Shown here piece after piece: positions 1-10,455 of a stretch of 64,000 nucleotides of DNA (position 1 is its first letter; the number at the start of each line of letters is the position of its first letter). The notes under the pieces were generated by a model. It saw only the letters and a list, made by a program, of their open reading frames with translations, was not told where the DNA came from and did not search any database. The translations under genes were made by a program, and so were the position numbers. Source of the DNA: an uncultured Nitrososphaerales archaeon (lineage in GTDB: Archaea > Thermoproteota > Nitrososphaeria > Nitrososphaerales > Nitrososphaeraceae); assembly GCA_963709405.1 (NCBI GenBank), contig CAVPXM010000055.1, positions 352,001-416,000 on the forward strand. The letters run 5' to 3'.

Positions 1-1058
1 ACTCGGTGGCCAAGCCGATACACGTCTGGCTGGAGCGCCATGGCGTGCGATTCCGCACCGGGACGACCGTCACCGACATCGAGACCGCAGACAAGGACGG
101 AGAGACCCTCGCCACGGGTCTGAAGTTCCGCGACGCCGACGGCGAGCACCATCTCAGACTCGCCCGTGATGATCTGGTGTTCTTCACCAACGGTTCCTTG
201 GTGCAGAACTCCACTCACGGCGACACCAAGACCGTGACCAAGTTTGACCGCAACACCGCCGACCGGGGCTGCTTCACAGTGTGGGAGAAAATGGCGGCGC
301 GCAATCCGAAGTTCGGCAAACCCGACGTGTTCCTCTCCAACGTGGATAGAAGCGGGTGGATTTCGTACTACGTGACGATCAAGGGCGACGCCACGTTCTT
401 CGACTACATGGAGGCCAAGACCGGCAACGCACCCAACACTGGTGGTCTGACCGCGATCGTCGACTCCTCGTGGAGGCTGAACTTCGCCCTTTTCAGCAAG
501 ACCTTCCTCGATCAACCCGACGCCGTGCAAACGCTTCAGGGCTACGCCCAGATCATGACCAAACCCGGATCCTACATCAAAAAGCTGATGCCGGAATGCA
601 CCGGCGCGGAGATCTTCGCTGAGTTGCTCTACCACTGCGGGCTAAAGGATGATCAGATCAAAAGCATCGTGTCGCACAGCATCGTGCATACCTTTGCCAT
701 GCCGTATATCGTCGCCGAGTTCATGCCCCGGCGGGTCAGCGACCGTCCCAAGGTGATTCCGGACGGGTGCGTGAACCTGGCGTTCCTCGGCCAGTTCGCC
801 GAAGTGCCCGGCGAGGTTGTGTTCACCACCGAATGCTCGGTGCGCAGCGCGATGATGGCGGTGTACGGTCTGACCGGCCTGAAGAAACCAATGATCCCGT
901 TGCCCGAGCCCTACTTCGACGTCCGGGTGTTGGCCTTAAATCTCAAGATCATGGGCGGCAAGGAAAAGCTCACCCCTGAAGACCTGAGGGCCCTGCCGTT
1001 TACCGATGAAATCGTCTCGTTGATCAGCCAGGTCTTGAATTCCGCCGAGTTGCCCTAG
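1..1058 (+). CDS. Oleate hydratase (myosin-cross-reactive antigen family), C-terminal part; GC-rich, bacterial-type
   Basis: Motifs FFTNGS, ECTGAEIFAELLYH, MPYI..FMPR..SDRPKVIPDGCVNLAFLGQFAE and VVFTTECSVRSAM match OhyA/MCRA. Runs off the left edge; codons strongly GC-ending. Confidence 0.88.
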   Translation, partial: SVAKPIHVWLERHGVRFRTGTTVTDIETADKDGETLATGLKFRDADGEHHLRLARDDLVFFTNGSLVQNSTHGDTKTVTKFDRNTADRGCFTVWEKMAARNPKFGKPDVFLSNVDRSGWISYYVTIKGDATFFDYMEAKTGNAPNTGGLTAIVDSSWRLNFALFSKTFLDQPDAVQTLQGYAQIMTKPGSYIKKLMPECTGAEIFAELLYHCGLKDDQIKSIVSHSIVHTFAMPYIVAEFMPRRVSDRPKVIPDGCVNLAFLGQFAEVPGEVVFTTECSVRSAMMAVYGLTGLKKPMIPLPEPYFDVRVLALNLKIMGGKEKLTPEDLRALPFTDEIVSLISQVLNSAELP

Positions 1059-1528
1059 GTGCAGTTGTCGCTACACCAAGCTCCTTAATCGCTCCGACAG
1101 TCAGGCCAACCAAACACGCTAGACTCACTGACTTTTTGAATTCTTGAATTAAAATATAATATAACACTTAGTATTGTGGCATATATACATATGACAATAT
1201 CAATTGATAAATCAATTGAGCAAGAAAAGGGGGATACTACAACAATAAGACAATCACCATACAAGATAAACCCGCTAATTCTACTAATGATTCCAAGGTC
1301 TATGACAGGTTGGATGCTGCCTGTAATATTTGGTAATGTTGGTAAGGATCATAAGCATGGTGTAGTGCAAGGTTTCTGGATTCATTAGGCAATTCTCGAT
1401 ATATCTCAATCATACTATTGGTAGAGATATCGCCAAACTATTTCAAAAGCCAGATGTACTCTGGCTAGTTTAAGCCAGCTGTGCTTCTGGATAGACCGAT
1501 AGTATTATTTAGCAAAGATAATGCTTTG

Positions 1529-1700
1529 CTATGAGTAGTGTTGAATAGCATTATTCCATAAAAAAACCCAGTGATTATCGATAACTCTTCCTAGGTCGGA
1601 AGATATCCAAGTGATTTTTTGGCCATCGTTAGTCCCAAACGTTCCGTTTCCTCTCGCAAGGAGCAGTTTATCAGACAAGTGAGCAACTAAACAGATTAGA
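1529..1700 (-). pseudogene. Fragment of a Nitrososphaera-type hypothetical protein
   Basis: Only the segment ARGNGTFGTNDGQKITWISSDLG looks like real protein; the rest of the ORF looks random. Confidence 0.3.
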
Positions 1701-1905
1701 GAGAAGTTGCAGATATATGATGAACTGGAAGATTTACAGGAAAGAAGTGGAGGCGTTAACGCAGTAATCCTGATAGCATTGGGTACGTTGATTTGGTTAA
1801 TTTCATAGTTTTGATTTTTGGACTGTACAAGATAGCGAGAGGTACTCATGATTCCTTTATTTGGAAGAATATAGGCAAATACGTACCTAATATAAGAACT
1901 CAATA

Positions 1906-2109
1906 ATAGTTTGGCAACCGGACCATATAGGTGTAGGTGTGTTAAATATTATAATAGCTACATTTGTACTGGTATCGCCCTTATTTCGAGTGATTCTTGG
2001 AGCGATTCTGATAGGAATGGCGTTGCTAATAGTGGGAATACAGATGATTACATCAGGCGTAATGGGAAGGCGACAACAGATTAATTCAAAAACAACTTTT
2101 GGACCATAG
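1906..2109 (+). pseudogene. C-terminal fragment of a DUF308/HdeD-like small membrane protein
   Basis: Manual translation, not in the ORF track: IGVGVLNIIIATFVLVSPLFRVILGAILIGMALLIVGIQMITSGVMGRRQ, two hydrophobic helices, no N-terminus. Confidence 0.45.
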
Positions 2110-2491
2110 TTCCAAAACATGGTAATTAGATTGTGGAAATTATTTGGAATCGGTCATTCTTTCTGAACAAGCTTTTTCCCGGATGCCTGGATTATCCTTT
2201 TAGCACGGTGGTATCTCCTCACATCTTTAAGAAAGTTTCAGTGCTAGGAATATGTGTGGATTGATCTAGTCTTTGACCAGTCTGTCGTTGCAGTTTTGGC
2301 ATTTATCATCGAAAAACTAAGACACATTCGCGAATGTAACATACAATGAAGCTTGTTCAGATGTATTTGATTTAGAATACGTAATAATTTTAAATTAAAT
2401 ATAAGAAAATTAACCAAGTGTATATAAGCTAAAAATGAATTGAGGATACAAAGACTTTTAAAATAGATATTTTCCAATAAAAGATGGAAAA

Positions 2492-2851
2492 ATGCACCAT
2501 CGTTACATTTTGGCATTTAGTATACTGATGCTAGCTCTCATTATACTAACTACAAATCAGGTCAAAGCTCAACAAGGTCAGAACTCGCATGGACTAACTC
2601 CAGAACAAGTAAAGCAATTCTGTAGACCAGACAATCCTAGGCTCAGCTTCGTCAATAGTACTGAATCTGAAATTTGTGGATTACCAAAAAGCACTCCGTC
2701 AACCCCTGCATTAAACTCTTCTGGATCATCATCAGGGACGTCATCCCCCTCATCCCCGTTATTCCCGTCATCCCCGTCATCCTCGTCATCAGGGCCATCA
2801 TCCTCGTCATCAGGGCCGTCATCAGGATCAATAACGCCACAAGCTCCCTAA
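2492..2851 (+). CDS. Small secreted protein with a Cys pair and Ser/Pro/Gly-rich tail
   Basis: Signal peptide ending VKA-QQ, two cysteines, low-complexity tail. Confidence 0.7.
   Translation: MHHRYILAFSILMLALIILTTNQVKAQQGQNSHGLTPEQVKQFCRPDNPRLSFVNSTESEICGLPKSTPSTPALNSSGSSSGTSSPSSPLFPSSPSSSSSGPSSSSSGPSSGSITPQAP
2725..2830 (+). repeat. Coding minisatellite of 9/12-bp units (TCATCCCCG, TCATCCTCG, TCATCAGGGCC)
   Basis: Tandem units seen directly; they encode SSP/SSS/SSGP. Confidence 0.8.
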
Positions 2852-3249
2852 TACTAAAATTAAATCCTATTATTTTCGGTTACTATTCTATCAATTGCAT
2901 CTAATACTGATTTATCATTATCAACATCTAATTGAATAGTCTCATTTCAAGTATCTTTGCATAAATTTACTTCCTAATGCACGGCAATTCGTTACCAGAC
3001 CAGAACTAACAACTTCTATAGTAACCACTACTCAGATATAATAGATGAGAATAGGTTAATAATTATTTGAGGCTTGGACAGGATGTGATATCGATAGCGG
3101 AGGAATTGGCTTAGGCTAGTGGTATTGCTCGTGGGTAAATATGGCGGCAAAGGTGGATTCGCAGTAGGCGGCTCTGGATTTGGTAACGGATAATTAGCAA
3201 GTATCCTTGCCTTGATTATACAGGCATTCATCTGTATCAACTTCGTAGA

Positions 3250-3460
3250 CGGTTGGTCTTTCGTACTGTGACATGGACGGCACAATAGCTGCATATTTCT
3301 GACTATTGAATTGCCTGATAATGCCCGCGGGACAATGTGATCTACACTTAGTTCGCTATCAAGAAAGTATTAATGACAATAAGCACATCGAGGACATGCA
3401 TCTCGGTTAATTGCTTGCGTTCATTGTAGAACCTGCGTCCTCCCAACTTATGTCTTACTT
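3250..3460 (-). pseudogene. HNH endonuclease remnant
   Basis: Manual translation RCAYCH*YFLDSELSVDHIVPRALSGNSIVRNMQLLCRPCHSTK shows CxxC...DHIVP...N...CxxCH. In-frame TAA at 3370-3372 and an upstream frameshift. Confidence 0.8.
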
Positions 3461-3612
3461 GGTAAGTGAAAATATAATACCTTTACCACTATAGTGTATA
3501 TAGTTCACCTGGTCATCATTGTTCTCCGGGATGATCTAGAGTACTTATAACAGGAGTACCTACTCTTGAATTTTTTTGTGGCTCTTTGAGTTTTTATATT
3601 AATTGATTCTTT

Positions 3613-4634
3613 AGCTTGTTGCATAAATCATTTTATTCCTTCGTACATTATCTATACCTCTCTACATCATGGTAGCAAACATGTTATACAATGACGCTTT
3701 TAGGATCAATTCCTTGGCCATATTCTGAAACTTTCTTGCAGTTACATACTCGCCAAACGTTCTTTTGATAGACGAGAATACCGTTTCTGCCATCCACCTT
3801 TGTCCATAGCTCACGCTATGTTTCCATCTTTTGAGATTTGTTTGTTGTCTCATTACAGACCTATTCCTTGCTTGACAGTTGCCTGTCTTGACCTTGGAAT
3901 TACTTCTTGTCTTTATACCAGGTTTAATATGGTTCTTGGATAGATATCTAAAATTCTTATTACTGTCATACATACCATCTGCTAACGCACCCTTTACATT
4001 GTTATTTGCAGAAGCATTATCAATCAACTTCTTTAGCATCTTGCCATCGTGTACTTCTTCACTAGTAACCTCCAAAGAAATAATCTTCTTATTCTTGATG
4101 TTTACTGCTACATGTATTTTCAGATAACCTCTTCTTACGTGCCATTTATGTCGTATCCATTCACCTCTATTAGCAACTTTGATTCCTGTACTATCTAATG
4201 CTATAATGATGTCCTCATCATCATTACCTACTTCATGCCGTTCGCTGATTCTGATATCCTGGTTATTAATACGTCTGTTAATTGTACTGTAGTTTGGAAT
4301 AGATGGTATCTTCTTATTACCAGCATGAGCTATGACTATGCCTTCTGCTTGCCGGTATGGCAGATGAAAATATACCCTCATGTAACCTAGTAATTGGATA
4401 AACGAATCAGGATAGTGGTACTGTGCACCCCTCTTTCCATCATTCATTAAGTCCAACTCACTATACCAACTATCTATGACATCAAAATCTAGAATAACTT
4501 CACCTCGCCTAACTAGCGATTTGTTATAAAAAGACCAGTTAATCATGTCCAACAATAATCTCATTACATGTTAGCTAAATCTCAATTGGTCAACAAACTC
4601 ATAGCGATATGATAATGATTTGTGCAACAAAGCA
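3613..4634 (-). mobile_element. IS5-family insertion sequence with ~20-bp TIRs and 8-bp TSD
   Basis: Left end GCTTGTTGCATAAATCATT (3614-3632); right end AATGATTTGTGCAACAAAGC (4614-4633); direct repeat GATTCTTT at 3605-3612 and 4635-4642. Confidence 0.92.
3662..4564 (-). CDS. IS5-family DDE transposase
   Basis: NWSFYNKSLVRRG, ALDSTG, KIHVAV, ADGMYDS and YGQRWMAETVFSSIKRTFGE motifs. Confidence 0.93.
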   Translation of the reverse strand: MRLLLDMINWSFYNKSLVRRGEVILDFDVIDSWYSELDLMNDGKRGAQYHYPDSFIQLLGYMRVYFHLPYRQAEGIVIAHAGNKKIPSIPNYSTINRRINNQDIRISERHEVGNDDEDIIIALDSTGIKVANRGEWIRHKWHVRRGYLKIHVAVNIKNKKIISLEVTSEEVHDGKMLKKLIDNASANNNVKGALADGMYDSNKNFRYLSKNHIKPGIKTRSNSKVKTGNCQARNRSVMRQQTNLKRWKHSVSYGQRWMAETVFSSIKRTFGEYVTARKFQNMAKELILKASLYNMFATMM

Positions 4635-4688
4635 GATTCTTTCATATCATCATCAGAGGATATATCTAAAAATTCGCTATCTAGTACT

Positions 4689-4880
4689 CTAGTCATAGTT
4701 ACGCATCCATTTTTGTTGAATAGTAATTTCACCCATCTTACCAGTTTGATAATCTTCTACTGCTTCATGAATCTCTTCTTTAGTATTCATAACAAATGGA
4801 CCATACCTTGCTACTGGTTCATTTAACGGAACTCCACCTATTAGAAGAAAATCTAGAGCGGATTTATTAGTAGTAGTGAT
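4689..4880 (-). pseudogene. Pirin C-terminal fragment
   Basis: Manual translation, not in the ORF track: [41 protein letters not shown], the Pirin_C signature. The N-terminal cupin domain is absent. Confidence 0.85.
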
Positions 4881-5090
4881 AGTGCTGTAAGTACGGATTA
4901 TCGTACTCCTTTGAAAGGAATTAGTTTACCAGGAAGTGGTAGATAGATAATTTCGGTAGATAATTTGAAATCGCCTAACCATGCAAACCTAAAAGGAATG
5001 GTATAAAATAGAGCGTAATAAATCAAAATCATGTGGTCATGGGCTCTAACCTGGGGTTGCATACCAGAACTATCTAGAAATTGCTTGGAT

Positions 5091-5348
5091 ATGACCAACT
5101 CATCTAGTACTTATCTAGGAATCATTGCTAGTGCAATAATTGGTGGAATAGTTAGTTGGTGGATTTTCAATAGACAAAAGAAGACTTCTCATAAGCAGGA
5201 TTACACACTAAGTCGTATTGAACAATTAGAAAATTATAATGAAAAACTACTGGAGAAAATCAAGGTAGTCGAAGAAAATAATGAAAAACTACTGGAGAAA
5301 ATTTTCGACTTGAACAAAAAAATTGATTCTTTACTTGAAGGTCATTAA
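5091..5348 (+). CDS. Small membrane-anchored coiled-coil protein
   Basis: TM segment YLGIIASAIIGGIVSWWIF followed by a duplicated NEKLLEKI. Confidence 0.6.
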   Translation: MTNSSSTYLGIIASAIIGGIVSWWIFNRQKKTSHKQDYTLSRIEQLENYNEKLLEKIKVVEENNEKLLEKIFDLNKKIDSLLEGH

Positions 5349-5729
5349 AAAAGCACTCGCAATAAAAATATATGAAATCTAGAAAATTTGTGTATTAATA
5401 ATCATGACTATGTATTTCTTGATAAATGTAACAGCCGATTAAACATCTGATGGAGCCTGCTGATGAATTTCTATGCATATTATTTAAGAATTGTCGCAGG
5501 ATTTGTCCTGGGGAATTAGGCCTAATTGCTGCGAGCTCAGTCTGGTTTGGAAACATAGGTTTGTAGAGATGTTATAAGACTCCGTGCTTTATGTACTCGT
5601 CTTCGTAGTTTGTGCTAAAGCCATTGCAATAATAGGAGCTTTTCCACGATAGGCGAAGCGCCCGCGTGGAGTGTTTAATCACGGACACCGCAAGCGTGAC
5701 GCCTGAATGAAAAAGTTAGGCGTATCAGG

Positions 5730-5945
5730 TTATAATCGGATCATAATGACAAATTTTATCGAATAAAACATGTTCTCCATTGCATCCGTGCCACCATGAG
5801 AAAATAGCTCTCTTCCGATTTCTTCTGCTCGTTTTCGTTTGTTTTCAATATCAGGAACTTTGGGATTTTGGGTACAATAGATAAGCGTATCATACAGTTC
5901 TTCTTCGAGATAAGCATCCAAGCTAGAGATCCCTCTCCGCACCAA
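5730..5945 (-). pseudogene. Small conserved hypothetical protein, probably 3'-truncated
   Basis: Protein-like up to DAMENMFYSIKF, then runs into the GTCATTATGAT motif and stops. Confidence 0.5.
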
Positions 5946-6134
5946 TATTCTTTCTTCTAATATATAAGAATCTCAGCAGTTTTCCTGTTCAGGAGGAACC
6001 GACAAGATGGGTTGTTAACAATCTGTATTTTAACTCAGAACCTGCGCAACTGCTCTCTGGTGGGTTGCGGTTGCAATTAACTTAGAGCTCCTTATAGATG
6101 AAGGAAATATATGTATTCTAGGTCCTGATCTGTC

Positions 6135-6204
6135 ATTTGACGCATTTGACAAGACTATTTGACGGCGTATTTGGCCTATTTGACTGCTTATCTGACTAGT
6201 CAAA
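6135..6204. repeat. Array of six ATTTGAC-like heptamers plus one inverted copy
   Basis: Copies at 6135, 6144, 6157, 6169 (ATTTGGC), 6178 and 6190 (ATCTGAC); GTCAAA at 6199. Immediately upstream of a TATA-like TTATATA. Confidence 0.75.
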
Positions 6205-6252
6205 AAGACATCTTATATATTGTTAGTGTATTTTCTCATGTAGCAGACATTA

Positions 6253-7420
6253 ATTAGACCAGCAGCTATTCCCGAAATAATAAAATCGAAAGTAGTAAGT
6301 CAATGGCTTCAAGGCCTTAAAAGAGACGTCATAGCACAGGAGAATAACATTAGTAAAGGAGCAGTTAGCAACATAACTAACGATTGGAGTATTGCTATTG
6401 GAAAACCTGAAGCGGATGCATTCCGGGAGTTAGCAAAAGTACTCAATATTGCTGGTCTTACTCCAGCTCAGTGTGCAATTGGCTTTCGAACTATGAAATT
6501 GTTAAGCGAGCAGAACATAGATGCAGAGGCGGCCACACAATTTATCGGAGATACGTACAAGAAATGTAAAGAATTTGAAGTTACACCAAATAAATTCGCT
6601 ACGTGTGTAAAAGATCTTATCAAGGTTTCAGAGGATAACCACATTCAACTACATAAAATTGAAGAGTACGTAGACGAAAGGCTGGCAAAAAAGAAGGAAT
6701 TGGAGAATGAACTTGATGATTTAAAGAATGAGATACCGACTCTGAAGAATCAAAAGTCAGAGATAGGAAAGCTGAGGGATTTGGCTTTGCAGCAAAAGAA
6801 AATGGCAGATTTAGAGATCGAGTCATATTCTAATGCAAAGCAAGTATTGGACAGACACAAGATATCTATCAGTGAGGATCTCCCAAAATTTGCCAATACT
6901 TTTAATCGCATTGAAGAATATGGATACGATCCCATCAGAACTTAATGCTATCCAGTATTTAGAAGGCAAAAAACAAGCATTTGAGATAGCTGCAAAAGAA
7001 TTGGAAGAGCGTATTGCCAACCTTAGTCAGCAAGAGTCTTTTTTGCAAGACAAAATCTATTTACATTCGGAAAATCTACCTGTCTATAATGAACTTGCAA
7101 ATAACGGATTTGGTTCAAGCGAGCTGAGAACGTTGCTTGCTAAGATCATAGATATTGCAATCTCAAATGGCATAAACCATTGCCTGGCAGTAAGAAAATT
7201 CATTGAAGACGTGGGGACTCGGTATAATGCTAAACTAGGATTTGAACTCCAGATAGAAGATCTTAAATCGGAAGTTCAGACACTTAATGACGAACGAGGA
7301 AAGGGATTACAGAGACTAAAAGTCCAGCCCTATGTAGGACCAGTCATCACTGGACTATTACAACGAGGTTTAACTGTCATAATGATTTATCAAATAGAAC
7401 CTTTTATTCAGAGGTTCTGA
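6253..7420 (+). pseudogene. N-terminal HTH plus long coiled-coil protein, frameshifted and truncated
   Basis: Frame is open upstream of 6493 (IRPAAIPEIIKSKVVSQWLQGLKRDVIAQENNISKGAVSNI, HTH-like). Heptad-rich; frame change near 6940; ends abruptly after RGLT. Confidence 0.65.
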
Positions 7421-7592
7421 AAAAAGGAATCATAAATACCCTACAGAATATCATAATGGCTTCTATGGTTAATGCAAGTCTGGCTGTGCGTAGTAAAAAA
7501 ACAGCTAGTAATGATAAGTTAACTGAGACTCAGCAAGATATAGCATCATTGTGAGAATTGGATGGACTGGCTAAATAAAGTTGTTTAAGTAT

Positions 7593-7630
7593 TATTATTA
7601 CTAATAGTATCTATTATTACTAATAGTATC
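7593..7630. repeat. Perfect 19-bp tandem duplication TATTATTACTAATAGTATC x2
   Basis: Seen directly; each unit contains the palindrome TACTA-A-TAGTA. Confidence 0.8.
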
Positions 7631-8223
7631 AAAATATAACTTCCCACAGTCAATCTTCTATCAACTTTGCAACAAAGATGTAGCAGAGTCGAACACATAG
7701 AATGACCGCAGGATAAATTTTGAAATGAGAGAACTATATTCTAGACAAGAAAAAGTGAAATTCTGGACTAAGAGGTGGATATTGACATTTAGGAAATGTG
7801 TAGTATGTCAGATTTTTTAATATCAGCTATAAAATTTTCGAAAAAAAGTCCAACTAGTAAACTTGGTTTTATATCACACGTTACATAAAGGTATAACAGT
7901 ATGTTTGTTATATGAGAACCATACATCATATGTTATGGCACCGATAGATGCAGCTGAAGGCTCATTCAATCTCCCTAACCTACCTCCAAGATAGAAATTA
8001 TTTCGTACCAAAAATTTGGATTTAAATAGGAATCTTGTCGCTGAAAATATATTTATTGAGAAATAGTCTGCCCCTGGTATGATTAATATTGGCAATCACC
8101 TTATTTTCTTCAATGGTTGAAAATCGAAATCCTTCCGAATTTCAATCAAGCAAAGCCAGAATACATATCGTCGCAGATCAAGCTCAATCGGAGTATTTTA
8201 TTAAGTGAGTAAGCTGATAGTAC

Positions 8224-9228
8224 ATGGTGACTCCTAATAAGAAACTGGCTGATACTTTTGGCAGAGTTGCTAAAAAGTTACGCATCTCGATCACGGACCG
8301 ATGCAACATGCGATGTATATACTGTATGCCTGCTAATAACATGGAGTGGTTTGAACAAAATAATATTCTGAGTTATGATGAGATTATTAGAATTGTGACT
8401 ATTTTGGGCGATCTAGGCGTTGAGAGAATTAGAATCACCGGTGGCGAACCTCTTGTTAGACCTAAAATAATAGTCCTAATTAAGCAACTATCTACGATAG
8501 ATGGAATCAAGTCAATCAGTATGACAACTAATGGCCTTATGCTGCATTCCATGGCAGCTGATCTTAAGGATGCTGGACTTGTAAGCACTAATGTCAGTTT
8601 GGATACATTTAAGGAGAGTCGATTCAAAGCAATTAGCGGCGTACATGGGCTTGAAACCGTCCTAGCTGGTATACAAGCAGCTGCGGCTGCTGGACTTAAA
8701 GTAAAAGTAAATGCAGTGATTATTAGAGGATGGAACGATGATGAAATTGTAGATTTTGCAGAATTTGCTAGAAAGACAGGACATACCGTTCGGTTCATAG
8801 AATTTATGCCGTTAGATGGAACGAGTCTATGGGAACAGGATCTAGTAGTTAGCAAAGGTGAAATAATCCAGAAATTAGCCAGTGGAGTTAATGAGCTCGT
8901 ACCATTACACAATAACATTTCTGAACCAGCAAAACTATTTTCCTTCATCGATGGCAAAGGTATATTAGGATTTATTCCCTCAATAACCGAGCCATTTTGC
9001 AGCAATTGTGACAGGCTGAGATTAACTTCTGACGGTAGATTGCTTACCTGTCTTTATGAAAATCCAGGATACGATCTGAAGATTTTGTTAAGAAGCGGAA
9101 AGTCTAACGATGATATCGAAAAGTATATTTTAGAGTGCATAATGCGGAAGCCAGAGGGTATAATAAGTTTGATTCGTAGTAAGTCATTGCGGCCAACGAT
9201 GAACCTTATGTACAGAATCGGCGGTTAG
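8224..9228 (+). CDS. moaA: GTP 3',8-cyclase (molybdenum cofactor biosynthesis)
   Basis: LRISITDRCNMRCIYCMP radical SAM motif, PFCSNCDRLRLTSDG..LTCL, C-terminal IGG. Confidence 0.97.
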   Translation: MVTPNKKLADTFGRVAKKLRISITDRCNMRCIYCMPANNMEWFEQNNILSYDEIIRIVTILGDLGVERIRITGGEPLVRPKIIVLIKQLSTIDGIKSISMTTNGLMLHSMAADLKDAGLVSTNVSLDTFKESRFKAISGVHGLETVLAGIQAAAAAGLKVKVNAVIIRGWNDDEIVDFAEFARKTGHTVRFIEFMPLDGTSLWEQDLVVSKGEIIQKLASGVNELVPLHNNISEPAKLFSFIDGKGILGFIPSITEPFCSNCDRLRLTSDGRLLTCLYENPGYDLKILLRSGKSNDDIEKYILECIMRKPEGIISLIRSKSLRPTMNLMYRIGG

Positions 9229-9927
9229 TAGTAAAGATTTACGAAGGCATCATAAAAGGCTAACGAAGCAGGATTATTTTGTTCCTTTAGGTGTTAATTT
9301 TTTCGCCATCACCAATTTAACGAATGGATGAATTTTTAATAATCTTGCAATTTATCCAGGACATTCATAAAACTGTTAGTAGCATCAGAAATGAAAATTA
9401 AATAATTCCTAATTGTTCCTGCTTTAATCTGCTAGTCGCAGATCAGATTTCGGAGGCATTTCTTATTTAGAGACTAACACATTAATTCTCGCGTCTCTGT
9501 TGGGATGTTTGCATCCCAGTCATGATGAGTGACGCGATGAATATTAATGGGGTAAGAGCAGGTTAATGAATGATGGAACCTTGAGACATGTAAGGTGGAT
9601 CTCAGTCTCACTCCAACCGGTCCCTCCTAGGGATATTGTGTTGTTACCTTCAGGTTTGATAGTTCGAACCCGGCTCAGTGAGTATATGCTAATTTAACGT
9701 TCCTATCATAGGGGATGATTTTCCGACCTATCTTTTCAGTAAGCATTTTAGTAGGAGGCTAGGATAACTATTAGCTTTGGATGATGCTTTTGAACGATAT
9801 GAATTTTACAGTCTTTTGACATATCTAATCGCAAAAAAACTGTTCAGATACTCCGAATCCGAATAACGTGGATTGACTCATGTTAATAACCACTCTTAAA
9901 GGGCGCTTCATCGTACATCTCACGCAG

Positions 9928-10455
9928 ATGAGTATGAATATTGGCACTTACGAATGTATAGTGAGCAAGCTTGACATTAGACAGTTCAAGGATCAGGAGG
10001 TTTCAAACGAGATCCGGCTGAAGATCCTTGAAGCAGGCAGACAAAGTGGGACTGGTCTTAACACGCAGCATTTGCGGTTTGTGTTAGTAGATCATAAAGA
10101 TGTCCTTAAGTTATTGGCAGAAGATAGTACGAGTGGAAGTTGGGTATCGGGAGCCAATTTTGCAATAATTGTTCTTACAAGTCCGAACTTTCGTTTTAGT
10201 ATGATTGATGCCGGTAGAGCTTTACAAAATATGCAATTAGCTGCTTGGAGTGAAGGTATCGGGTCCGGTTTATTTACCGGAGTCAGAGAGGAAAAGATGC
10301 GAAAGGATTTTAATATTCCCGAGAATCTGAATATTGCTGTTATCGTGGGGTTTGGATATCCTTCACGAAGGCTAATCGGAAGAGTGAAGAATCGGATGCC
10401 ACTCGACAAAGTCGTATACTATCAAAGATATGGTAATCCTCAGATCTCTGAATAG
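9928..10455 (+). CDS. Nitroreductase family protein
   Basis: DIRQF, ILEAGRQS, DAGRALQNMQLAAWSEGIGS and VGFGYP motifs. Start could be 9880, 9928 or 9934. Confidence 0.9.
   Translation: MSMNIGTYECIVSKLDIRQFKDQEVSNEIRLKILEAGRQSGTGLNTQHLRFVLVDHKDVLKLLAEDSTSGSWVSGANFAIIVLTSPNFRFSMIDAGRALQNMQLAAWSEGIGSGLFTGVREEKMRKDFNIPENLNIAVIVGFGYPSRRLIGRVKNRMPLDKVVYYQRYGNPQISE

Noticed and set aside
2725-2830. Short repeats as a possible CRISPR array
   Set aside because: Units are 9-12 bp with no unique spacers; it is a coding Ser/Pro tract and no cas genes are present.
8373-9005. 210-aa minus-strand ORF and many similar antisense ORFs in the track
   Set aside because: Shadows of well-supported genes on the opposite strand.
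9655-9680. GTTCGAACCC resembling a tRNA T-loop
   Set aside because: No T-stem pairing, acceptor stem or cloverleaf around it.
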